Source of the DNA: Amphiscolops sp. MND2022
Taxonomy: Eukaryota
DNA length: 64,000 nucleotides
NCBI GenBank assembly: GCA_964187785.1
Contig: OZ076409.1
Span: 62,932,001 to 62,996,000 of the forward strand
Direction: 5' to 3'
The notes under the pieces are model-generated. The model did no database searches, was not told the DNA's origin, and worked only from the letters and a program-made list of their open reading frames with translations. Positions 52,091 through 64,000 of the stretch are shown in pieces (within the stretch, counting starts at the first letter, position 1; every line of letters begins with the position of its first letter). A program made the position numbers and the translations under genes.

Positions 52091-54762
52091 AGAAATTGAA
52101 ATTCAGATATGGCGCAATATTTTCGAGCCTAATCCAAATCCTTAGTAGAACCCAATCTTGTCCGGATATAACGTCAAAATCGGATATAGCGTACTGGGCC
52201 ACGGCGGCCGCAGCAGTGTGGCGGAGATTGTAAAAGTGAATCTTTCAGTGTGAGCTTGCCATCTGACAAAAAACTAGCGACTGTAATAGTCGGAGGCATT
52301 TTCTGCTAAAAGGCGCCGACTAAGAACAATAAAAAGTTTCTGATCAGTCTGCTTTTTCTTCCTTCGAATTCGCTTAATACTTCTCAAACTATCGATAAAC
52401 GCTGATACTTAGTTTGATAAGATAACAATGCCGAAAATGTAGAAGGGACTTTTTTAACATCTATTTTTTGCAAAATATCAATAAAATTGAAGGGGGATAT
52501 CCCTTTGAAGACATAAAAAATTATCGCAAAAAAGTTCACAAAGCCGAAACTAATCGTCAGGGGACCCCTTCTTCTCGTCAAGTTTTGTGTGTTACGTTAA
52601 ACAGGGAAGAATAAAAGGTGGATCCTTTCAACTAACTTAGATGGGTTTCCGAGGTATTCGTTTAGTTGAACAAGCTGAACAAAAATTTCGTTGCATTCGC
52701 GCTGGTCTTAAAGAAAAACAAAAAGGAAAAAACAGTGACTGTACCGTCGTGCTCTTCCATAAAAAACTCTTCTAAAAACGCCGACTAAAATGAATGTTCG
52801 GAGCTCTGAGGAAACTAGAGTTTACTATAGACCGGAAATTTGTTGAGCATCACTATGCTTCTGAAATGTTGAGATCACGCATCATTTGTAGTTGTTACTC
52901 TATGTCACTTCCTACTATTTCAAAGTGTAAAACTGGATAGAAAGAAGCCGAAATGGGCTCAAACTAACGTCCCGCTTTGTGAACGAAATCCAGGTTTACA
53001 GGTCATGACTTGCCATGCATGATTCATCCATGATGCGCGTCGGTTCGTCATGCCGAATATCATTCCATGATCATGGAAAAATATCCATGATTCATGGATG
53101 AAAGCCATGATGCCTTGGAGGTTCATGGGCGGGCGACAATTCATAAATTGAATAATGAAAAGACTTTTGTGTAATCTTTGCAATGGTGATGCTCTTGAAC
53201 AATAAGAAAATTGGTAAAATGAAATCAGTAGTTCCACGCCTATAGATAAATAGTATGACAATACTTACCCAGTTTTCTTTTATATGACAACAACATTATG
53301 AATCTGATTCAAAAAATAATTTCGAGTTGCACAGTGCCGAGAATAATCCATCCATAGGATAAATCAAGTAAAAGAAAGATTATTATTTTTAATTTTTTAA
53401 ACGAGATTCAGCTCATAAATTGAGTTATTTTCTACAAAGTCAATACAGCAAGAGACAAGTAAAGTGTGTCTGGAAAATCTCCAAATTTCCAGCGTTCAGT
53501 TTAGCATTGAGAATCAATCAGAGAACAGCTAACGTCAAGTCGGTGCGAAACTTTGGACACTAATGAGATTCGAACTTCGTTTTCTTGTTTAGGAAGCTAA
53601 CGATCTCACTGTGCCAACTGGCATTTGATGGCCAACATTCATATCAGCAAAAATCTTACCTGTTTCCGTCGCATTCATGTCTGTCTGGAATAAAAAAAAA
53701 GAAGTGACTGTATTAGTCGGGCGATTTTAGTCCTAATTAAAATAAAGGCGAAAGTGAAGAAACGCTGCGAAACATGAACGTGCTGGTGTTTTAAGAAGTG
53801 GGAATAGAATTGTACCATCAAGTTTCGCGAAGACGAATAATTTTTTGGCTCGAGATTACTTTTAATAGTGGATTTCAAGAAAATTAAGAAAAACGCATTT
53901 GTGTTGATGGTTCCTCGTCTGCTTTCTAATTCTATTCAGCTCGAAGATACTAAAGAAGTCATTAGGAGTTTTGCAAACGAAAGATCTGAAGGGACCAAAA
54001 GGCTTCAATGGGGCCGCTCTTTCATTTATGGTTTATTCATTTTTATGCGAATTACAAAGCGATTTGTGAATTTGATTAGCTCCTTGCTACTTTTATTGAT
54101 TTTTTTGTTTATTAGAATAGTTACAGCTTTGATGATGTCTACAATGTTTTCATAGGAAAAACCTGGTTAAGTCTTTCGAAAAGTGTTCCAATTTCATCTC
54201 GAGATTGTGATATTTTTAATTTTTCGACTTGAGCAGCTCTTAAACCATTCGAAAATGTTTTGCGTTTTTTTGAGTCTTGAGCAGGGCGCAGCTCCTAGTT
54301 TGCCCGCTGCAAAGAACTGTACATGCTTCGCGTCGGTCTGGTAGACTCACCATTTTTCCGCTCGTGATTAAAGATTTCCATGATGCTTCTGAATGTGTTC
54401 TTTTGAATACTCATTTTTAGTCGGTGCTTTTTGTAGAAAAACGCAGATTATAGTAGTGATTTTTCTTTTTTTATTATTTGAAAAAATTTTAAGACCAACG
54501 AAGTGACGGATTTAATAAGTTTTATAAGCTGGCTTTCACTAACTGCCACACTAATGTAGTTTCTTCTGCTTCTGATTTGGAGGATTTTTTGAGGTCTGCT
54601 AAGCAGAAGTACGTGGATTCGAGTCTCGCCCTTGAACAAAAATTTTTTGTGCAGGTTATTTCGGCTTTGTGATAATTTTTTTCCGAATTTTTTAATGTCT
54701 CAAAAGGGTCCCCGTTCATGGCTTTTCATGATATCAAAAATGGATAAAATTATTGAGACCAA

Positions 54763-55211
54763 TTGAACAAAATGCAATGGCGATCATTTATCAAAAAATA
54801 CAATTTGTTCCGAATACAGAGCTAACTCACTTATTCACTGACTGACTGACTGACTGACTGACTGACTGACTGACTGACTGACTGACTGACTGACTGACTG
54901 ACTGACTGACTGACTGACTGACTGACTGACTGACTGACTGACTGACTGACTGACTGACTGACTGACTGACTGACTGACTGACTGACTGACTGACTCACTG
55001 ACTGACTGACTGACTCACTCACTCACTCACTCACTCACTCACTCACTCATTCACTCATTCACTCACCCACATCCCCAGTGAGTGAGTGAGTGAGTGAGTG
55101 AGTGAGTCAGTGAGTCAGTGAGTGAGTGAATAAGTTCGTTAGCTCTGTATTCGGGGAACAAATTGTAATTTTTATTATTTTATTTAATGATGGCCATCGC
55201 ATTTTGTTCAA
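54763..55211. mobile_element. Foldback/palindromic element whose arms contain (ACTG)n/(ACTC)n microsatellites
   Basis: Left arm TTGAACAAAATGCAATGG..GAATACAGAGCTAAC..TTATTCACT matches the reverse complement of 55076-55211. Confidence 0.8.
54837..55065. repeat. (ACTG)n then (ACTC)n tetranucleotide microsatellite
   Basis: Directly visible. Confidence 0.97.
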
Positions 55212-55224
55212 CCCCACTCACTCA

Positions 55225-55800
<576 letters not shown>

Positions 55801-57791
55801 CTGTCTTATATCATTAAAAAAAAGCTCATCAGATGTTTTTCGACCTACAAATTGGCGTGGGAAAGACATCAATATGATTCGAAGATTGATCGTTGAACTT
55901 CCGACAAAATGAACTTCCGACAAAAAACTCTTTATTTACTTTTTAGTCCTCGGTAAGTTTGGACGTAAATTTTGGTTACCAATACTGTACTTACGTCGAG
56001 ATTTTTAGTGTTTTGAAATTTAGCAAGAGCCAAAACCGCAGTCAACATTCGTTGGGTTCATTCGAAGATCTTGATGAAAACTGTCGCTCAAAAATTTCTA
56101 TGATTCTGACACCTTGAACAGCTCATTTCCTTGAATTGTTTTCGAGCACGCATTGATTGGATAATTTTTACAAATTGATTGCATTTCACTTGTGTGTCAG
56201 ACGGGAAATGTCTCGAGCCACTTAAAAATACCAACCTGATGCATACCAATTTTAATTGTCTATTTCCCTCACCATACTTTATTGATTTTCCTTTTTTTGC
56301 ACAGTGTTTCCAGCATGTTTCAAGAATTGAAGAGGTTCATAAATTCCGTCAAAATCCCAAGTGTACAGTGCCCTGTTTTTCCACAGTCAGCGAAAGGTTT
56401 ATCTCAAATTGCACCCCTTAATTGGGATACGTGGGAAGATTTCGGCTCCTTTTTTAAAAAAATGATTCGCTGATTTTTTTCCTACATTTTACTAAATACG
56501 TTACGTTCGGTGTCATTACAAAACGGTGAAGACAATTTCTAATAATAAGTCTTTCTTTTTCAACGGCAACAAATTTCTTACTTTGTACAACTAGCAAAAA
56601 GCAAAATGCATCCGTTTTTGCATCTTTTGTACATGCAGCATACATTTTGTTGCTGATTGAGGGAAGTTGTTTTTTCGTGGAAGTACAAATGTTGAAAACA
56701 TTTATTACCAACACCTTTTCCCGTCCGTTGCACGCGGGTGCAGAAGTGTTAACAAGATTGCGCAGCAGAATTTCCGGGGAAGGACTTTCAAAGAAGATAC
56801 GGAGGGAATAAATTACATGCGCGCGGCAGGGCAGAATAGGTCTCGATGATAATGTGTGAAAATTCTTCAGGTTGAATTACACAAAATTTGAGACGCGTGA
56901 AAAAATACTGGCGCTCATCCGCGGGCTCAACTTTCGCCGGTACATTATAGAGAGCATGGTATAAAGTACAGTATAGAAATGTAATGTTTTTATGCCTATA
57001 TAAAGAGTACTCAGATACGGTGACAGTCTCGGTAAACAAAATACGTGAATCCAAGTAATATTCGGTTGATTTTTGTATTCTTGCGTGTGTGTATTTGAGA
57101 AGCAGGGTGATATAAAACAGTTCTGATGAATTTGCTGCAAAAAAGAGGGGAAAATTAAGACCCGAGGGTTGTTGAAATCAATTTCGAGACAGTTACCTGT
57201 CTAAAAAGCAATAATAATAGCTTAATTAGGCTTCGCTATTCATTCCCCACTGGATTGCGGCTCAGACTCCGATAGACTGATTTATGACACAGCCCATTGT
57301 CTATGGGCTACAGGGTGGGGGGTTGCGGTGTATCGATTTGTGTTTTTATTGAAGCACTCACAGATTTTACCTGGTCCGTCGTCAGTCGGGGTCCAGTTTT
57401 TGTTCATCCGTGGAGCATGGTGGTGACTTGGGTTGTCCCCGGGCGCATTTCACAATGGAAAAAGAATGCATAATCCTTGCTTCCACATTCAAGTCCATAG
57501 ATGTGCATCGGAGCTACCTGGTTTCATACCATTGACACATTTACGCATGTGGTTACAAGGATTATTATGGCACATGGCATATGAATCGATAAATGACGTC
57601 ATTAGGAAGTCAAATTGTAGCCCTCTGGCGACAGAAAGTAAACAAGAGAGAAACTTGAATTACAAGTTCATTCAAATGACAACAAACAGCAAAGGTCAGA
57701 AATATGCATCAGGGGCATTGGAAATGGATGGATTCTGCATCAACAGGTAAAATTTAAGTGCATTAACGCAAATATATAATTTGAGGGCATA

Positions 57792-57885
57792 GCGACAACT
57801 CATATCAAGCGACAGCTCATATCAAGCGACCACTCATATCAAATTGAGAAAGCGACAACTCATATCAAGCGATAAGTCATATCAA
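57792..57885. repeat. Five copies of a 17-bp unit GCGACAACTCATATCAA
   Basis: Three adjacent copies, a 9-bp spacer, then two adjacent copies. Confidence 0.9.
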
Positions 57886-59139
57886 TTAGGAAAATGTAAT
57901 AACTCATCAGGTTTGTCTATAGGGGACAAATACTTAAATTGTGGTAATATCTAATTGTAATAATTTTTTAAACTTGACTACAATTAGAAATTGGGAATTC
58001 TTCTCCATTTTATGCGCCACCCTGGTTGGAACTGCTTGAACTTTTTACAAGTTTTTGTAGGCTACCAAGCTAATTTTTCATGATTTTATAAAAGTCTCAA
58101 GGAAACGTCCATGCATTAAAACGTCACTGATGCAATTTAAATTTATCAACCTGGCTATAAGATGCATCCTGAATTTGGCGGCAATTGAGATCCAAGTCCT
58201 CAAGGAGACTGATAATCATTTTTTATACACAGAAACAATCTTTTCACGCCGCTTGACACAGCTCTACTACAGTAATGTTTCAAAAATCCTAAGAATATAG
58301 TAAAAAATATCACATCACACACATTTTGAAAAGTTCAGAAAGAAAGCTTGCGAAATGTCAAAATTCTCTTTGGCACTATATGATAGTTCGTTTTGCGCAC
58401 TACATATATAAGCAGTTTGATTCAATGTGGAATAGATTTTCATCAATCTAAGCATTTTTGGGTTGAATGTTTTTCTTTTTCAATAATTAAGTTGAGAGAG
58501 TCACAAAATTTCGTTTTTTCATTAGAAAAGAAATCAAAGTGGAATCTGTTTGTTTTGTTTTTTCCTTCAGCAATTAAACAAGTTTTTCTATTTATGGTCA
58601 TGAATTCCTTAAACTCAATTCATACTTTTTTCTGATTGCGAATTTCTCGTTCTTGGTTGCCCTTGGCAAAATTATTTGACAAATTTTTCAACGTTTCCCC
58701 AATAAGCTGAAGTGTATAAATTAGCTCTACGGCGGCTAACGTAAAGTGCTGAAGGTGACACTTTAGTGTTCATTTTGAGCACAAAATTGCCACAGAACAG
58801 ATTTAATAACGTGCCAAATTGCGTCATAGATGAAGATTATGTCATTAAAACTAATGATGTCAAAGATTGAGAAAGAAGAATAGACAATGACGTAAGTTTC
58901 ATCGGAGAAAGTTCTTCGCCTGTTTTTTTCCTATTGAAATTACGTGAAGATTCCAATAATTAGAACGTAAATGTCAACCTACAGAAACCCAAAATAGCCC
59001 ACATATTTTCAAAATCACTTCTTTGTTTTTTTCTGCTTCGGGTTTTCCGTCAATTGGAGAAGCTATTTAGCTTAATCATAATCATTAAGGCGATTCTGTT
59101 TTCCTAATAACGAAAACGTCGAATTCTTTGTATCATAAT

Positions 59140-60207
59140 TAGGATCTGCAATTTTTGGCGGCGCCAATTCCCGCCAAATCGCCAATTTCAGACATATTGG
59201 CGCCAAATTTAACAATGATTTGTTTGTTTAATCTAAGTGCTATTTTGATAATTTCAGGTTAGTTTTGTGTTTAAAATGTCAAGTGAACATCGCACATCCC
59301 TTGCAACTTTACGAAGTCGAGTTTCCAACCATAATTTTCTTACAATTCTGAAATGTGATGACGCTTCCATTCAAGTTTTATGCACCTATTGCGGAAAATC
59401 GTTTACAGCAACAAGAACGAATCATGTTGATAGCCATTTATCTGGATCAGCTCATGAGAAAGCGGTCAGACTCATAGCTCCGAAAATGCATTTTTAGTCA
59501 CATAGCTCCGAAAATGCATTTTTAGTCTTATAGCTCCAAAAATACCTTTTTAGTATCATAATTCCGAAAATGAATTTTTAGTCTCATAGCTCCGAAAATG
59601 CATTTTTAGTCTCATAGTTCCGAAAATGCATTTTTAGTCTCATAGTTCCGAAAATGCATTTTTAGTCTCATAGTCTCACGATGGGTGTACAATTACTCGG
59701 GTAGGGTTCATTGCAGCTGTCTCATTCTTGACTCAGAAGGTAGTAGCTTCTGAGGCTTCAGATTTTACAGCAGCAAAAGCTGGGACACAGATTTCAGAAA
59801 TAACAGCATTTTTGATTGATTTATCCGAAACAGGAAATGAGGTTGCCGTTTATCTATCTACAAAGTGGCAATATCTAATCGAGAAAAACCAGGGACTGAT
59901 AAAGACTATTGCCCTGTGTAGGGGGGAAGGTGTAGAAGAGCCCTCAGAAATTTCGATTTTTGCATTTGCACCCTGCACGTCTGTCGAAATTGAACGTTTC
60001 TTTTCGGTCGTGAAATCGTTTTTGACCGACCGAAACAATATTCTTGAAGAAACGGTGCTAAAACTATTGTTCATTCAATACAATAAAGCAAGATTTGAAT
60101 AAATTTTCTTTCCGCCAAATATTGTTTTAATTTCGCCATTTTGAGACATTTCCCGCCGAATTTGGCGGCCGAAAACGGGCAAATCCCGCCACTTTTTGCG
60201 GATCGTA
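59140..60207 (+). mobile_element. Internally deleted hAT DNA transposon
   Basis: TIR TAGGATCTGCA / TACGATCCGCA; perfect 8-bp TSD ATCATAAT (59132-59139, 60208-60215); subterminal GGCGG/CGCCA motifs; N-terminal zinc finger CTYCGKSF..H..H (59276-59497) and C-terminal APCTSVEIERFFS (59728-60102). Confidence 0.93.
59471..59666. repeat. Seven 28-bp tandem repeats inside the hAT element
   Basis: Unit CTCATAGCTCCGAAAATGCATTTTTAGT. Confidence 0.95.
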
Positions 60208-63200
60208 ATCATAATTGGCAAAAGCATCATTGGCAGCTAATTTTTGTAACTATTGATGGATCAAATATTGATATTAAAGGTCAACAAAAAGATTCATTAG
60301 AACTTCTGTAACTTTTGGTATATAATTTGAGACTCAAAATAAGGATGCCACTATAAATACAAGCTTCTAGCGAGAACAATAATTTCAGCAACAATTTCTG
60401 TGCCATAAGGCATTTCAGCGAGTTTTGAGTTTATCGCGCAGCGTGATACCCACGAAAATACATAAAAATAGCTTGAAGCTCTCTCCTTGCCCTGCAATGT
60501 TAATTGAGAAAATGTAACCTATTTTGTGGGAAGAAAAAGTGATTCGAGTTCGTTGGTTTGTGGATTGAAAAAACCGAGATCTCAGAATGATTTTACATGG
60601 CGTCATTGCTTCATAACTAAAGATTCAAAAAGTTCTATAAAATGTTGAAAATGTTTTCTTTCCAATTGGCTTCATTGTTGCAGGTTTTTTAAACATCAAT
60701 TTCCGAGCAGCTTAACTTAGTTCGCACTTCTTGATTTCATTTGTAACTTGCGCGAAGACTTTTGGATTTGGATATCATTTCACAAATGTTTTTTTTTTAG
60801 CCCGTATTTTCTTAATGGAAAGAAAAATTACCAGTTGAGCTTCATTTTGCCATGCACCAGTTTTATACCCAAATGACAGAGGATTTTCCACAGAATTTAA
60901 TTCTCATAACATCAGTTTCGTGGAATGTTTTTGTAGATTTTTCGAACTTTTTTTGGAAATACTACCTTAAGAAAAAGATGCTCCAAAATGATCACAACAA
61001 AATAGCCGAAAGTTTCCAATTTTTGCAAATATTGACCATGCGTTGCAGTTTTGCAGTTTTTGAATGTTTGCCAAGATTGAACATCCACAGAGTTCAACGA
61101 CGACGAAACATCTAGCTATCTCGTACTTTTTTGGAAAAAAAACAATTTTTTGATCAAAAATGCCTACAACGAATTTCTACCCAAATCGGCCTTTTGAGAA
61201 TTTGCGTGCCAAATTCGAACATTTTGGTGGTTATCCACAGAGTTCAAAGACAACAGTTATTTTTTTAACAAACTGTTCAGTAGAAAATTTATTCGTCTTT
61301 GAAATCGCCAAAAAGGAGCAGAAATGCCAAAAGTTGCCATTTTTTGACCGTTTTCTGCTATTTGTATACATTTTTGCATGTTTTCGTGGGTACGTACATC
61401 CACAGTGCTTACCACTGAAAATTGTTGCTTATAATCAATCTTTCTTGAAGGTTTTTTTTCATATTTTTTGAGATTTTTGAGAATTGAACAGACTGTTTTA
61501 TGCAATTTTCCACTCTAGATGTTTTATTGGTTTTTATAATCCGGCCAAAATGCTCAACTGCTAATAGAAGTTTTAGAAGAAAAATCTGTTTTCATGAATT
61601 CCTACGTTTTTGCGGTTTCGGTACAATTTCCGTGGGTGTGAAGATCCAAAGTGGTTGTAAAACAATACAATTACAGTAGCGTTCTAAAATACCGCAATAC
61701 ATTGCTCAAAATTCAAAATTTCAAATCCAAATATCTTGAAAACTGTCACAATTACAAAAATTGTCAGCTAGGAAAGTTTCTTAGAAGTTTATATTGTTTA
61801 CAAAAATGTTTGTTTGAGAAAATTTTCAGTCAATCGTTGGCCCCCAAGTCTCCCGAGGATGCTTATAAAGTTTGATTGGAAAACTTTTTCAATTTCAAAT
61901 AAATATCGTCATTTTTCTAAACACAATTTTTATAGCCTATCTTAATACATGTACTTCAGTACTCATGAAAACAAAATATAGTGCATTTTTTCTGATTCGA
62001 AACCAATTCTCGATCAAAACAGTTCAGTAGGTTCGGGAGATTATAGGGAGTGTCCAAACGAAAAAATCCAAAAATTTCAATCCTACACTACAGTTGTGAA
62101 AAAAAGTTTTCGTAGAATTTGCAAATGACATCAATAAAAATCGTTATAAGTTTTTATCGGGCGTTTGAAAAAAAATTTAAACAGAGACTAATAAGAACTG
62201 GTTCCACCACCAGCTATAATGACAGATTCTTTACGTTTCGGCAACAAGGCAAAAAGCCTCTTTATAAATTGTGCATCAATTCGATCCCACACTTCTTTCG
62301 TCACGGCAATCATTTCCTGTGTTGTTGTTGGGTTTCTATTGTATATGCGATCTTTCTACAACTTCCATACGTTCTCAATAATTGATAAATCAGGACTCTG
62401 ACCCGGGTAGTTCAGTAGTCGTCTCATTTATAGTTGGATCTGTACATTTTGATCGCTAGGTCTCGAATTGCTTGAACAATTCGAGGCAAATCAAAGTTGT
62501 ATAAATTGATTGGATATTAAAATTAGTGCGTCTAAATTAGAGATTATCTTTTGAATCAAAAGTGTTTTTCAATGTTATGAAAAAATATTCATACGGAAGT
62601 TGTAGCGGAAATAAAATTCTGACTGATATTAAAATTGTGAAAAGTCTGTTCATTCACTACGAATTCTTTTTCCATGACTGTACTCAATTTTCAAAAAAGT
62701 CAAACTTCAATTAAATTTTTCTAAATTTTCCAATTTGCAACTTCGGAGTAGAAAGGGGAGTTGTAAGGGTCGTAAAAAGTTCAAACAAAGTTTTTTTGTA
62801 AACTAGATAAAATTCCAAGAAACTTTTCTAGCTTGCAAACTTCTGCATTTGAGACGACCTTTACGAGATATTCGGTTTTGAAATTTGCCATTTTAAGCAA
62901 TGAGGTTGCGATATTTTAGAACGCTACCCTAGCTGCTTAGATTTGTCTTCATACTTTTGTTGGAAATGTTCAGGTTTGTCAAAAAACGTCATTTTTCTCG
63001 ACTGTTTCAATTTAGATTTTGTTCAGGTTTTGGTTGTTTTTGTGGCTGAGTTTTCAGTAATCAAACAACAAAATAATCAGTTACATGCTATACTTTTAAA
63101 AAGTGGATTTCAGTTTTTTTTCTATAAGTAGTTCAAACGATGTCGAATTTCTCAAAATTTGAAAAAGATGTTTGCAAGTTCGTCGCTTATTGTTCACGCT

Positions 63201-64000
63201 GGAACCCTAATTTATGTCGTTGCAAAACAGTTGGGGGCGGAACTGCAAAATAGTTCGGAAATAATGTATTCTGCAGCTCAGCGGGTGCTCTGTTTCAGAA
63301 TTTCCCAGCAATTATACCCAATTATCGAAAGTACCCAAAAAAGCGAAAATGTCATATTAGATTACCGTGCTTCCCTTTTTTACGGCACGCTCCGAATGAA
63401 AGACAAGCTTTCAATCCATTTTCACATTCGTCTCATGAGCTGATCCGTTTTTTTTTAAAAAAAAAACAGCCGAACAGTCTATTTTTGATTTTCAAGAAAC
63501 AGCTTATGTGGTCAAATTCAATGTAACCAACTGTGAAAGGTTTTGCTCAAACAAAAAGTATGATTCTACCCACTCGAAAAAACCACGATGGCACTTTAAT
63601 ATAAAAATGAAATTTGAAAGACATATGTAGAGAGGTCTGAAAGTAAAGAAAGGAAATACCACGATTGGAAGATGTTTTAGTTTGTCATTCATTTACTTAG
63701 AAACACGCAGGTTTTCCATCAAAAATGGGCGTCATTAGCTATTCTTTCACAATAACTTTGTGTTTTCAATGAATTCAAGATTTAAAAATCCAGAAAAATT
63801 TTATTGATCCAGAAAAAATGTTGATCGAGAAATATTTCAAGCACCTCTTAAGTCGATAGTCCCTTCAAATGATATTTTGTCACAATTTTAAAAAAAACTA
63901 TTTTTCAACGAGTACTTTTTGGAGGAAAAATTCATCGATTTTAGGTCTATCATCTTAAGAGAAGCATAAAATGTTTCTAGATCAACTTTTCCTAAAAATT

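Noticed and set aside
56650..57500. Possible host exons (GC-richer blocks with plausible splice sites)
   Set aside because: Plausible readings exist on both strands, no recognisable domain, and no consistent gene model
57792..57885. CRISPR-like appearance of the 17-bp repeats
   Set aside because: Units are adjacent without unique spacers, there are no cas genes, and the context is eukaryotic
59471..59666. CRISPR-like appearance of the 28-bp repeats
   Set aside because: Head-to-tail minisatellite with no spacers, inside a hAT element
60400..64000. AT-rich region with recurring ATCCACAG motifs and short ORFs
   Set aside because: No TIR/TSD pair or coding signal could be delimited

Overview
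Eukaryotic, probably invertebrate animal, transposon-dense DNA with no confidently identifiable host gene. Bases 1-44,650 are a nest of decayed Ty3/Gypsy LTR retrotransposons. (A) The 3' part of a + strand element and (C) a full-length 13.3-kb - strand relative both extend past integrase into what look like two TARG1/OARD1-like macrodomains, followed by a small Cys-rich hydrophobic ORF. (B) A 16.5-kb element (13866-30330, TSD CCAAC) has 2.28-kb LTRs and a gag that starts inside the LTR. Downstream of pol it carries a multi-intron antisense gene with a BED-type zinc finger (apparently hAT-transposase-derived), head-to-head with a sense RGR-rich ORF. This is the most unusual system in the window. 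(D) A 3.1-kb RT-less element has 64-bp terminal repeats. (E) A very old gypsy remnant appears to host B, C and D. Bases 44,650-64,000 hold a Tc1 DD34E element interrupted by a MITE, a Tc1-like MITE, a LINE RT remnant, a microsatellite-filled foldback element, an internally deleted hAT element and simple repeats. All assignments are from reading the sequence; no database searches were run.
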